In this document: in pieces, positions 46,951 through 57,424 of the stretch | Layout: each line of letters opens with the position of its first letter | Numbering within the stretch: the stretch's first letter is position 1 | Source of the DNA: Curvularia clavata | Taxonomy: Eukaryota | Assembly: GCA_023920165.1 (NCBI GenBank) | Contig: CP089278.1 | Coordinates: 2,418,001-2,482,000, forward strand | Reading direction: 5' to 3' | DNA: 64,000 nt | Made by a program: the position numbers and the translations under genes | The notes under the pieces: generated by a model | Seen by the model: only the letters and a program-made list of their open reading frames with translations | Databases searched by the model: none | What the model was told of the DNA's origin: nothing

Positions 46951-48249
46951 ATGTCTATTTTACTTAAACCTGACCCAAGCCCTCGACGACGCAGTTCCTA
47001 CCTCGCATACAGTATTCGCCCATTCATTATGGTAGCTTTTGTGGTTATCATCATAACAGTCGTGCTTGCTTCTCTTTTCAGAAGCAGCCATGCGATCAAA
47101 GTACCCGGCGCAGACAACAACCACAAGTTCAAAGTCGCCGTTTCACACTTCCCTCTAGCAGATGGCGCACGCAAGGATCCCTACCACCCTACTGAAGACC
47201 GCCGCGTTATGGTCAGTCTATTCATGCCTATCCCCAAAGAATCGTGCTCCAGTGAGTGCTCGGTCGACTACATGCCGCCTCAAACAGCTCGAATCGCCAA
47301 CGAGCAATTTATCGTCGGCGGAAAGCGTGACATTGGCGTCTTCGAAACCATGACTTACGATGCCTGTTGCAAGAGCTCCAGCACCATTGATGCGAGCAAG
47401 ACCCCCGTTGTAGTAATTGAGGCGCATGTCGACACGAGCAGACTGCTGTACTCCACACTGGCACGCTACGTTGCCGCCGGCGGTGCCGCCGTTGTACTCA
47501 TCGACCACCCGGGCGACACTTCTATCGTCGAGTTTCCCACAGCCGGCAAACGCGCTCTCGACGTCGTCTACAACAGCGGGACTGTTCCCCTCTCCAACTT
47601 TTCACCCATCACCTCCTGGAACAGCACCGTCATCAAGGCCCTTGAGACACGTACCTCGGACATCAACTTCGTCTTGTCTCAATTAAAATCTCCTTCCCTT
47701 CTTCCCAGCCACTTCCCCACCTTTAACTTCTCCCCCTCCAGCACCCTCAAGCTTGATTCCATCGGCATCGTCGGCCACGGCCTCGGCGGCTCCGTCGCCA
47801 CTTCCTTCGGCGTAACCCCCAACACCACCACCACCCCTACGCTCTTCAGCATCAATCTCTCCGGCACTCCTCCCCTGCTATCTTCCTCCGTACATAACGC
47901 CCCTCTCTTCTTCTTCGGCCGCCAGGACTACCGCCGCGAAAACGACATCCACTGGCCCACCACATGGTCTTACCTCACAGGCCCCGCTACGGAATTCGAC
48001 CTCAACGACAGTGCCATCTTCGACGTGTCAGATCTACCTGTGATAGTAGAGCTGGCGCAGAATGAGGGTGGGAAGAAAGATGTCAGAGGAAATGGGTTGA
48101 GTGGGTATGCGCCGGTGCAGGGAAGAAATGCCGTTACGTGCTTTGTCGAGACGATTGTTAAGCCTCAGTTTGAGCTGGATCCCGCGGGCACGCTGATGAA
48201 TGATTGTATTAGGTATTTTGAGGGCGTGGTGCCGTATCCGGGGGTGTAG
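46951..48249 (+). CDS. PAF-acetylhydrolase-like alpha/beta-hydrolase fold protein with N-terminal TM anchor; catalytic residues appear substituted
   Basis: RKDPYHP...RRVMVSLFMP, SRLLYS.LA...G.AVVLIDHPGD.SIVEFP, RTSDINFVL, IGIVGHGLGG, INLSG. Confidence 0.75.
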   Translation: MSILLKPDPSPRRRSSYLAYSIRPFIMVAFVVIIITVVLASLFRSSHAIKVPGADNNHKFKVAVSHFPLADGARKDPYHPTEDRRVMVSLFMPIPKESCSSECSVDYMPPQTARIANEQFIVGGKRDIGVFETMTYDACCKSSSTIDASKTPVVVIEAHVDTSRLLYSTLARYVAAGGAAVVLIDHPGDTSIVEFPTAGKRALDVVYNSGTVPLSNFSPITSWNSTVIKALETRTSDINFVLSQLKSPSLLPSHFPTFNFSPSSTLKLDSIGIVGHGLGGSVATSFGVTPNTTTTPTLFSINLSGTPPLLSSSVHNAPLFFFGRQDYRRENDIHWPTTWSYLTGPATEFDLNDSAIFDVSDLPVIVELAQNEGGKKDVRGNGLSGYAPVQGRNAVTCFVETIVKPQFELDPAGTLMNDCIRYFEGVVPYPGV

Positions 48250-49170
48250 AGCTTTTTCTTTTGCATTTTTGCGGGGGGTTTTGAGCGGAGATACCCATTT
48301 GAGAGTGTTTTGTTAAGCATGGAGATACCCCAGTTGAACTGCATTTTGTGGAGTTAGAATAGGGATGTGTGTTTGTAGACGACTGCTATCCTTTTCAACC
48401 ACCGACGTCTATTTTTGTTTATTTCTGCACAGTGCACTGTGAAAAATACCGTATAGTTTGCATTCCGTTTTGTACAATATGCTGTAGCAATTACTGTCTG
48501 TTTTGCGTGGTATGTTCTGACAACTATATTGCACATACTCCCTGCAGGAGGGTGAGAGTTTCTAGATTATACTTGGCTCAAGAAATTCAGCTATCCAGTC
48601 TAGCTTTTCAGATCTAACACTGGTGTCTTTGCTTTACTAGATTAGCCTACAGCAGACCGTATGTGCATAGATGGGCCTGTTGGCATTTGCTTGATGTTTG
48701 GAATTCGAGATGGGTTGAAAGTGTCATGAGTATCACGCTGTTTTCTATTCAGAGGATTGCATTCAACAGTGTTGCGAGAATGTTTTGTGCATTGTGATGC
48801 AAATTTTGTGTAAAGTGGCCGTTTTTGTTACTCTGTTTTCATTGGCCCTACGCCATCTCCCTTGGTACGCAGTGGAGAAGACACGACCGACCTACCTATC
48901 CAGTGTCAATCATCTTGTACCCTGTGACTAGATTTGACGATAAAACGCTATGAACACGTAATATATCCCAAGTTTAGATGCTTCTTCCTAATATCTATCG
49001 CCACCTATAAACATACCCCCATCTCATTACACTTCTAGCTTCTCTTTCCTCTATCAGCAAGCAAAAAAAAAGACGATTCTATCCGCGATACTCCGCACAA
49101 AGTTCCCTCGAGTCTCCCAAACAAAACCCCCTCGCTACACCACCTCCCCCCCACACACGCACACACAAAG

Positions 49171-49761
49171 ATGTACACCCACACCCTTTTCACCACACTC
49201 CTCGTCCTCGTTCTCGTCACCGACTCCTTCTACGGCGTACCCTGGTACGCCGACCACAAATACAGGGTCTGGCGGCGGCAGGTGCTCCTCCCCTGCACCG
49301 ACAAAGCCATCAAACCCGGAGAAGAGTGCAGGGAAAATGGCAAGTCAGTAATCAAAAAGCCGCCGGTTCTTATGGATCTGACGCTGGACCCGCGGCCACA
49401 CCATGGCCAAAGGAATTCAAACGGTATACAGTTTTATCATTTCTTGTCGAGGACGGGGGAGAGTAGGTGGTTCTGGTCGGTCGGGAGTGGTAAGAAGGGT
49501 GTAGGGGTTGAGGAGGGCAAGGATGAGAAGGGCCGGGTTGACGGTGTGAGTGACGGTGCAGCGGTGGATGCGCCGGAGGAGAAGATTGGAGAGAAAGAGA
49601 CGAAACAGGCAAGGGGTAATATGTTTCACCACCACAATACCTATTTTGGTGCGCATGTGCATGGTTCTGCTAGTCCCGATCCCGACGCGCCGTCAATCGA
49701 GCAGAGGGTAGATGAGAGGGCGAAGCGCATGGAGAGTGGTGAGATAAAAATGGTAGATTAA
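49171..49761 (+). CDS. Orphan hypothetical protein with hydrophobic N-terminus (possibly secreted)
   Basis: ATG in an AAGATG context after a C/A-rich leader, with TATAAA at about 49006. The ORF is 196 aa and I recognise no domain. Confidence 0.45.
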   Translation: MYTHTLFTTLLVLVLVTDSFYGVPWYADHKYRVWRRQVLLPCTDKAIKPGEECRENGKSVIKKPPVLMDLTLDPRPHHGQRNSNGIQFYHFLSRTGESRWFWSVGSGKKGVGVEEGKDEKGRVDGVSDGAAVDAPEEKIGEKETKQARGNMFHHHNTYFGAHVHGSASPDPDAPSIEQRVDERAKRMESGEIKMVD

Positions 49762-50539
49762 AAGAAGACGAACCATATATGAGAATCTTATGCGGGAGAG
49801 AAGAGGTATGAGGAGGAGGAGGAATATGAAGGGGGTTGAAACGGAGCAAGTTATTGATCTGTGTAGCCTAGTTTAGATGTATTAGGTGGATCAGATAGAC
49901 AAGGTAGTGAGTTTCATCGCTGTATAACCTGGACTTTGCACTTATATGTTATCCACGGTAAGGTTTCATAGGGACGCCGGATTTATTCCTGTATGATGTA
50001 ATATACTGCATTCAGTTTTTTGGCTCCATGTCTGCTTCCTACTAGAATATGGTGAGTAACATTGTTTTCTCTAGGGAATTGTATATGTTTGAAATTTATG
50101 AAATGCTTTGGCTTCGGGTCAACTAGGCTGATACTGACGGCTGATTGACAGGAGATTGCAACTGTGAGAAACAAACAGTACAAAAGTTTTTCTGGGCTCG
50201 GTAAATCAGAGTACCGCAAGCCCTGGGCTTGGCTCGTTCGCATGCCTCATCAGTGGTTTCTGTAGGGACTTTGAGATTACACAACGTGACACAACTGTAG
50301 TGTATATCGGGAAAGAGACCCTAGGAAACTGCTTCTGTGAGCGCCAAGACAATATGGGCCCACGAACATGCTTCCATGGTCCCAATATATACGCTTCCAC
50401 GGTCCATAGTAGACCCTCTACAGATCCAGGCTATAAATTCATCAGCTCAATCCTGTTTCCTTCTCATTGTTTTCTCTCTAAATAGACAGACGTCTCTGAA
50501 ACCTCAACCCAAAGAAAATCCCCTCGCACAGCCTTCAAA

Positions 50540-51022
50540 ATGTACAAGCCTCTCGTCACTCTTTTTGCCATCGTCGTTGTCGCCGGCACCGTCTTCGCCG
50601 CCGACACACCAAACAAAGGGAGATGGAAAAAGGTGGACGGCACGTGGAGTTTTATGCCAGAGGAAATGTCGAAAACTAAGGCAGACTCCCAACCAACCGT
50701 GAAACCGGAGATTATCCTGCCGCTTTCGGAAGTTCCTGCTATTAATGTGACTGTCTTGCCGCGGTTTGCGAAGGGAGGCAGGAACGCGGTATGTGTGACG
50801 TATCCTTTTTATTTTTCCATGGGCCTGGGTCGATGGGTTACTGACTTTTTCTTTGCATAGGTTCAAAAGAAATGCTCAGAGTGTGGAGATGAAGAGGAGG
50901 AAGAGGAAGAGGAAGAGGAAGAGGAGGGAGGTAACGAAGACAAGAGAGATGATGACGAGGAGAAAGGCGATGATGAAGAGTACAGTGATGACGAAGAAGA
51001 CAGCGATGAAGAAGAAAAATAA
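50540..51022 (+). CDS. Small secreted protein with CxxC and highly acidic tail (2 exons: 50540-50788, 50861-51022; 136 aa)
   Basis: Signal peptide MYKPLVTLFAIVVVAGTVFA. A phase-0 intron (GTATGT...CTGAC...TAG) joins it to VQKKCSECGDEEEEEEEEEEEE...DEEEK*. TATAAA at about 50432. Confidence 0.65.
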
Positions 51023-51364
51023 GAGAAGAGAGACGAAAAGAAGCACGATGATTGTTTCCCCCAGAATATCGTTGAAAACATCTAGAGACTGACATCTCTT
51101 TCCCTGGGCTTTAAGAAAGAAAATCCCCGACATTTCATTCCTTTAGTTGACTGAGCTTAGATCCCACCGCCAATTTCGGTGTGTAGGTAGAACTTTGCTC
51201 CAAACTTTGAAAGTTTTGGGCGTTTGGGTTTGCAAATGAAGCGGGCACTGGTCCCATTTATATCTAATCTAATCTTCTCCTTTCTGACCTATGCTAGTCA
51301 GAGAATGGGCGGGTTGTTATGTTTCGTTTATTTGCATTTCTAGCAGGCTACAAGATCAGCTTTG

Positions 51365-52620
51365 TTAATCGAGATCATTACCCCTCCTCACTTCCCATTT
51401 CCTCTCGACACTAATTGTGCGAGGGGAGAGGGCCTTTTCCTGCTGGCTTCGTTCCTCGTCAGAAGAGATGCACACTCTTTGGACACCCTCGACAGGCCGT
51501 AGTTCAATCTGTGATGAGTTGGTACCGTCTGTTAACTCTGAGAACGTAGCAGTAGGATCCAGCCCATGCGATCTGTTCTTCTTCAATGTGAACGTTGTTT
51601 GCCTGCTGCTACCGTACTGATAGTCTGTGTCCATCGAGTGCCTCGACTTTGCGAAGAGTGGACGCATTAGAGGAACGCACGCTAGGACAATGGCGACAGC
51701 CGGTTCAAGGCCAGATAGGACTGTGGCCAGTACCCCCTCGTAAGTCATATCCGCAAAGTTGAGGTTTGTCAGAGTTGTCTGTCGGTATATAGTGATGGCC
51801 CAGGTCCTGTATACCCGCATTAGCCAAAGTAAAGACAGTGTAGAAAGGTCTACCCACCCTATTCCAACGCTAAGCAGCGCCATGGCAATCAGCTTCTTTC
51901 GCATAGGCATGGCCAATTTGTAGAGGTAGGGCATCGGCAAGCCGATGAGTACCGCGTCCGTAATGAGGTTGATGATGCCCATGGTAAAGTAAAAGTCGGG
52001 CTGACTTCCGCAGGTGCCGGGCACCGAAAAGTCCCAGTTTCTCACCAGTGGCCGGCAGATCAAAAATGCAGCCATAATGTTCGCAATGCACCACACAACG
52101 ATAAACGCTCCAAAGCCAATAGTGGTTCTTATCATGGTAGGCGTTGGTATCAATGCGGAGTACATCAGCAGAACGGATAGTTTGCTAAAGCACATTGTAG
52201 CGTTCCACAGCATAGAGAACGTCATGATTCCCTGAACAAACCAAGTCAGTAGATTCTTATATAGCAAGAATTTCATCACTCATACCTTGTAGAAGTAGGT
52301 TAGTGTGCTGGGTCCAAAGCGTTGCAAAATCTCCGCGGTGTGAAATCCAAACCCGCCATATGTGACCAGTGAAATGCCAGTGCCGTGCAATGCCGCGTTC
52401 CACAGCTATTAGATATGTTAGTAAACCAAAGTTTTTTTTCGGAAGCACCTGAACTTACACAAGCTACGATGATGCAATAGTCACTGCCGTCTATCCTGTT
52501 CCGGATTTTTTTGGCAACCAACCTCAAGGCGACCGCCACAAAAGCTATGAAAATGGAGATGGAACAAGTCAAAATGACCACCATTTGTTGGCCATTCTCA
52601 ATTGGGATTGTAGTGTGCAT
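51365..52620 (-). CDS. PTH11-like / fungal rhodopsin-domain 7TM integral membrane protein (no CFEM), 4 exons
   Basis: VAVALRL...DYCIIVAC/...GFGFH.../KLSVLLMY...CRPL..NWD....GTC...NLITD.VL..LPMP.LYKL.M..RKK...LEPAVAIVLACVPLMRPL. Confidence 0.85.
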
Positions 52621-54402
52621 CGCTCATGGAGCGAGGTAAACTTTGATGAGAACAAAGCAAGAAAAAGGTGCGTGGAGCGTAAGATTTCTCAGAATGCACA
52701 TGTAGGGTCCTAGGGGCCACTTCCTGAATGGAGAATCGAAACATGTGATCAGATAAGCTTATGGAATTTCAGAAAAGCCCTTGTGAAAACTCTCGGGGAG
52801 AATAGCCCAGAACGAGACGACTTGCAGAAGACCGTCATGTACCTGCAGCGTGTGCATGATAAGCTCCAGCAACACGAGACGAGACTATCAGTAGAAAGGC
52901 CGAACCACCGACCTTGACTCGGCATTAGCCTGGTTGTGGATTGCATTGCGAAGAGATTGTGTTGGGCGATCATACTTTTTCCTTCACTCTCCCACGACAA
53001 GTGAAACCGGAAAATGGCAGCCTAAAAAACCCACTACTTTTAGAAGTAGCTATAGTTATCACAATTATCCGTTTTTTGCTATGTTTTTAGTACTTCTCAC
53101 TCTACTTTCAAAAGTAGCGGTAGTTGTCATAGTGTCTTTTAGTACTATGTTGGCAGCGTAGGTAAGCTCGTTGTGATTTTCCAGCTCAACTGGTCGTAGG
53201 AGAGCCTCATGATACGCCTTTGACTTCGCGGCGTACCCTGTAACAGGTACGTGGAAAGAATTTCGTTGGATGGGTATGTTACCTTGACCTCACCGTACCC
53301 TGCACTCGCGTGGCCTACCCAAGCAGACCCAACGCTCTCCCCACACCACCAACGGCAAACCATCGCCAATGCTCTCATTTTCACCTAACAAGACTCTCGA
53401 GCTTCTGTCTGGTTCTTTTGGGTCCCACCTTACCCTTGATGCCGAAAGAGTACGTAAACAAGATCACCACATCGATACAACTTCATCTTTCGTGACCGAA
53501 TGCATCGCCCATTCTCTTGACCGCTTCTTGTGCGCAACAGCAGGCGTGCGTGTTGCTCAAATGGCCCTGACATTTCTGACAGCGGCTCGGTCAGAAAGCC
53601 TCGCGACTCTTTCCTGTATTGCCATGTGCGATTGAGTCAGTTAACAGTCACATCAATTGTGGACTCAGATCGAAGACGCACCCCTCCGGACTGTGCTTGT
53701 TATCCGGCATCACGGTTTACTTTTCGGTAGGTTTGCCGTCATCTGCAATAATTGTCTAGCCCAATCGCAACGGCGATCACCCATGCAGGGTTGTCCAGAG
53801 CGAGGGGCGTCGGGTTTACGTCAGTGATGGGCATCATGGCCATATGCTAGTCTATCCACAGTGATACCAGACGATCGGTCCGACCTGTGGAGAAAAATAA
53901 GCCAAGTGAGCTAGCATATGATTGAGAGGGTTTGCTACGTATGCGACCGATCAAATCGAAAGCGAACCAGGAGCATTCGTCTCATTCGTTCGAAAATCTA
54001 GTATGTTGTTTTATTTGGACAAGCACATATTGTGCAACCAATAAGCGGCAGGCGGTCAGACCGATTTCAACGGGTAACACAGTGCAGAGTTCTAGTGCAG
54101 CCTTTCTGAGTTTACGATCTAGTGGACAATTCTAAGGGCCCCTAGGCACAGACATATGATCGGTCAAGCGCCGGTACTTCTAGAGATTTGTGGGTCCATT
54201 GGATGTTCTATTGGCCGCGCGGGACACGGTTTCCAAGGGGCGTAGAGAAAGCGACGTCGAAGGATTACGAGGAGCGGCTGATTTTGTACGTGCATCCGGC
54301 CAGGGTCATGATAGCACATTCGGTCTTGACTTGCTGTTGACATAAGTCGACATCTTCCCCAAGTTGTGTGTCAGGAATCTCCTAATCAGGAAGCTCTGCA
54401 TA

Positions 54403-56374
54403 ATGGCTCTCGGATCTAAGAACGAACAGAAGGTCGCCATCGTTACCGGTGCTACGGTTCGTCATTCTATACTGTGATCAACGTACCCATACTGACAGGT
54501 GATAGAGTGGTATTGGTTCATGGTTAGCAACACACCTTCACCACGCTGGCTACCGTGTGGCCATTTGTGGTCGGCGGGAGAAGGAAGGCCAGGAAGTCGT
54601 CCAGTCGCTTGACAAGTCTGGAAACACAGCCATCTTTATTCAGTGCGACGTGAGCTCCTACTCTTCACAAGCAAGTCTTTTTCAGTGCGTCTGGAAAAAG
54701 TGGGGTCGACTTGATGTTCTCATTTCCAACGCTGGGTGCGTAGATCGAGGCTCCATCTACAACTTCGCACGCCGCAATGCGGCCGTTGACGATCTCCCTT
54801 CCGAGCCGGATACCACCTGCACCGATATCGATTTCAAAGGTACAATATATGGGACAACTTTGGCGACTCACTTCATGCGCCATAATCCAGGAGGCAAGGG
54901 AGGCAAGATTATCGTAACGGGCAGCATGATTGGCATCTATCCCTGCCAAACGTTTCCTGAGTACTGTGCTGCAAAGGCTGCAGTCCACCAGTGGGTCAAG
55001 ACAGTGGGTCCGGTTCTCTTGGTGAAGGAGAATGTGACTGTCAACTGTGTGATGCCTGGTGGTATTGAAACGCCTGCTATGCCTGGTTTCAGTAAAGCCT
55101 TCCGTCCAGAACAAATGACGCTGAAATCAACACTCATCGCTGGATTTGACTCTTTTCTTAATGATTCTGAAAACAAAAAGACCGGACAGCTGCTCGAAGC
55201 TGCCCACGATGAACTGGTAGACTGGGGCCATCCGGGGTACAAGAGCGGATCATTCGCGAAGCGGAGTGAAGCTGTCTTTGAACCATGGTTTGCACTAATG
55301 CACGGAGAGACAAGCGGGTTGCCGGATACGATTCCAGACTGGCCTGACCAGAAGTCTAAAATCATTGCAGTGACTGGTGCTACTGGAAGCCAAGGTGGTG
55401 GCGTCGTGAATATCATGAAGAAGACACCAGGCTGGAAGGTCCGCGCAGTCACACGAAACCCAAACAGCGAGGCTGCCAAAAAGTTAGCAAAAGAGGAAAT
55501 CGAGGTCGTGAAAGCTGACTTTGATGACGAGGCGTCACTCCGCGCCGCCTTCGATGGCGTGCATGCTGTCTTCGCAGTCACCAACTGGTGGGAATCCCTC
55601 TTCCAAGGTAAGACCCAACACGAGTGCGGTGAAATTGAAGAGCGACACGGGATGAATCTCGCCCGAGCTGCTGCGGCCACGCGCACTGTTGAGCACTATA
55701 TCTGGTCAACGTGCCCGAGTGCCAAGCGCCGATTTTGGGGAAAGATGGAGGTCCCACACATGGATTACAAGGCAAAAGTCGATGCTCGCATCAAGGCTGA
55801 GCTCCCTCAACTGGCCGCCATCACTACTTACCTGTACTTTGGGTACTATCCACAGAATATGGCGTTCTTTCCCATGTGTCAGCCCATTGAATATGTATGT
55901 CGACTCCTACTCTGAACGCAATATCCAAAGAACTAACACGATAAACAGCCGGGCACCGGTCAATGGGTCCAAGCCTTCCCCACAAAGCCTGATGCCAAAG
56001 TCCTTCTTGCCGGAGACATGACCGTCAACCCCGGCATCTGGGTTCGACAAGTTCTTGCCACGGGACGTAAAGCGTGTGGTCGATGCGCCAATGTTGCATT
56101 AGAAAGGTGGAGCTTTCAACAGATGGTGGATGTGTGGTCTGAGGTCACCGGTAAGAAATGTGTCTTTGCTGAGATCAGCCCAGAAACGGCGGCCCAACTG
56201 CACGGAGTTGTGGGTGCAGAACTGGCACTGCAGATGAAGTATGGTGAGGCGTGTGATCCTTGGGAGGTGACAGAGGACTTCATCAGCGCCGAGGAGCTAG
56301 GCATTAATCCGAAGGAGGTGGTAGGATTCCGGGGAACGATAGAGGGCCTCAAGGCAGCGGGATTCTGGAGTTGA
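54403..56374 (+). CDS. Fusion of a classical SDR domain and an NmrA-like domain (3 exons: 54403-54456, 54506-55894, 55949-56374; about 622 aa)
   Basis: N-terminal half: VAIVTGATSGIG, ISNAG, S...YCAAK, NCVMPG. C-terminal half: IAVTGATGSQGGGVV, VRAVTRNP.S, ADFDD, FAVTNWWE, PHMDYKA. There is no stop or intron at the junction. Confidence 0.88.
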
Positions 56375-57337
56375 GGTTGAGTACGCGAGCGGCCCGGTTC
56401 GAAGCCAATGACTTTGTTCCTTTGCGAAGGATCAGGGTGGCTTTCTCCACGGTTAGGCGTTCATACATGACCCACATGTCTTAGTTGCCGCACGCCGTGA
56501 CGTCCCTTAAGTACGACGCATGTAAGGCCTCCCGATGCTACGTAAATAGCGCTAAAACTTCTTCTTGATCCCGCCTCTGGGTGTACCGACATAGTCGGAA
56601 TGAAGCACCCACAAAACGCGCTTTTCAGCTCTTAGAGACAGAAGTCAAATACGATTAGACCCAGACCAATTCATTATCTCCCTTGAATGATATTTGCACT
56701 ATTATGGTAATTTGACTGTCAGTTGTACAGTTTTGATAAGGCGGTTTTATCTGACCAGTTCGGTACCTACACTAAGAGTCCGCGGAGTAGACCACTTTTT
56801 GTATTCGTCGAGGGAATGCTGTGCTGATTGGTGCGGAGTCGGGTAAGTAGTATAGCGGAAAATGGTATCCTATTGCTCCAAGGCATTGTTGAAGAGAAAT
56901 ACCTCTACTTGTTGGACTGCCTACTAGCCGCTTACTTGCTGTTCAGCCACCAACGCTTATTGACTTCACTCTGTCTGGAAGGTAGTAACTGTGGGGTGGC
57001 GGGCCGACCCACCAGCACTTTCAACGGCAACCGGTTGATGGTAACGAATACTGGTAGATGACGCTCAGCATCTCTGGTGGCCAAGTCGATCTAAGATCTA
57101 CTGTTCTTAGTCCTGCAGTTAGCCAATGTGCTAATCCACATGCAGAATTCGGAGAGGGGAATGTGGACAGTAATGCAACAATTTTACTGCATTTGGCTAC
57201 TCCAGGCGTTTTCCCTACTCGAGATTGCCACTGGGCTGCGAGAAGCTCGCTAGAATGTCAGACTGTGCATGTGTGAGTTTAGGGGCAACAATGTGATTTT
57301 ACAGAAACAAAGTGCCAAGTCATGGTAGCAGAGACAG

Positions 57338-57344
57338 TATATAA
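57338..57344 (+). promoter_or_regulatory. TATA box of the peptide precursor gene
   Basis: TATATAA lies about 85 nt upstream of ATG 57425 and is followed by a C/A-rich leader. Confidence 0.55.
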
Positions 57345-57424
57345 GGAGCAATGATTCCCTCAATAGAATCTGCACCAGAGCACTCGCCCAGTACATACAA
57401 CAAGATCATTCTACAACCGCCATC

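Noticed and set aside
50853..51092. ORF-track basic protein (KRRKRKRK...) resembling a protamine or NLS
   Set aside because: It is the wrong frame of the acidic exon 2 of the gene starting at 50540.
56380..56420. GGTTCGAA T-loop-like motif suggesting a tRNA
   Set aside because: No cloverleaf stems or A-box around it.
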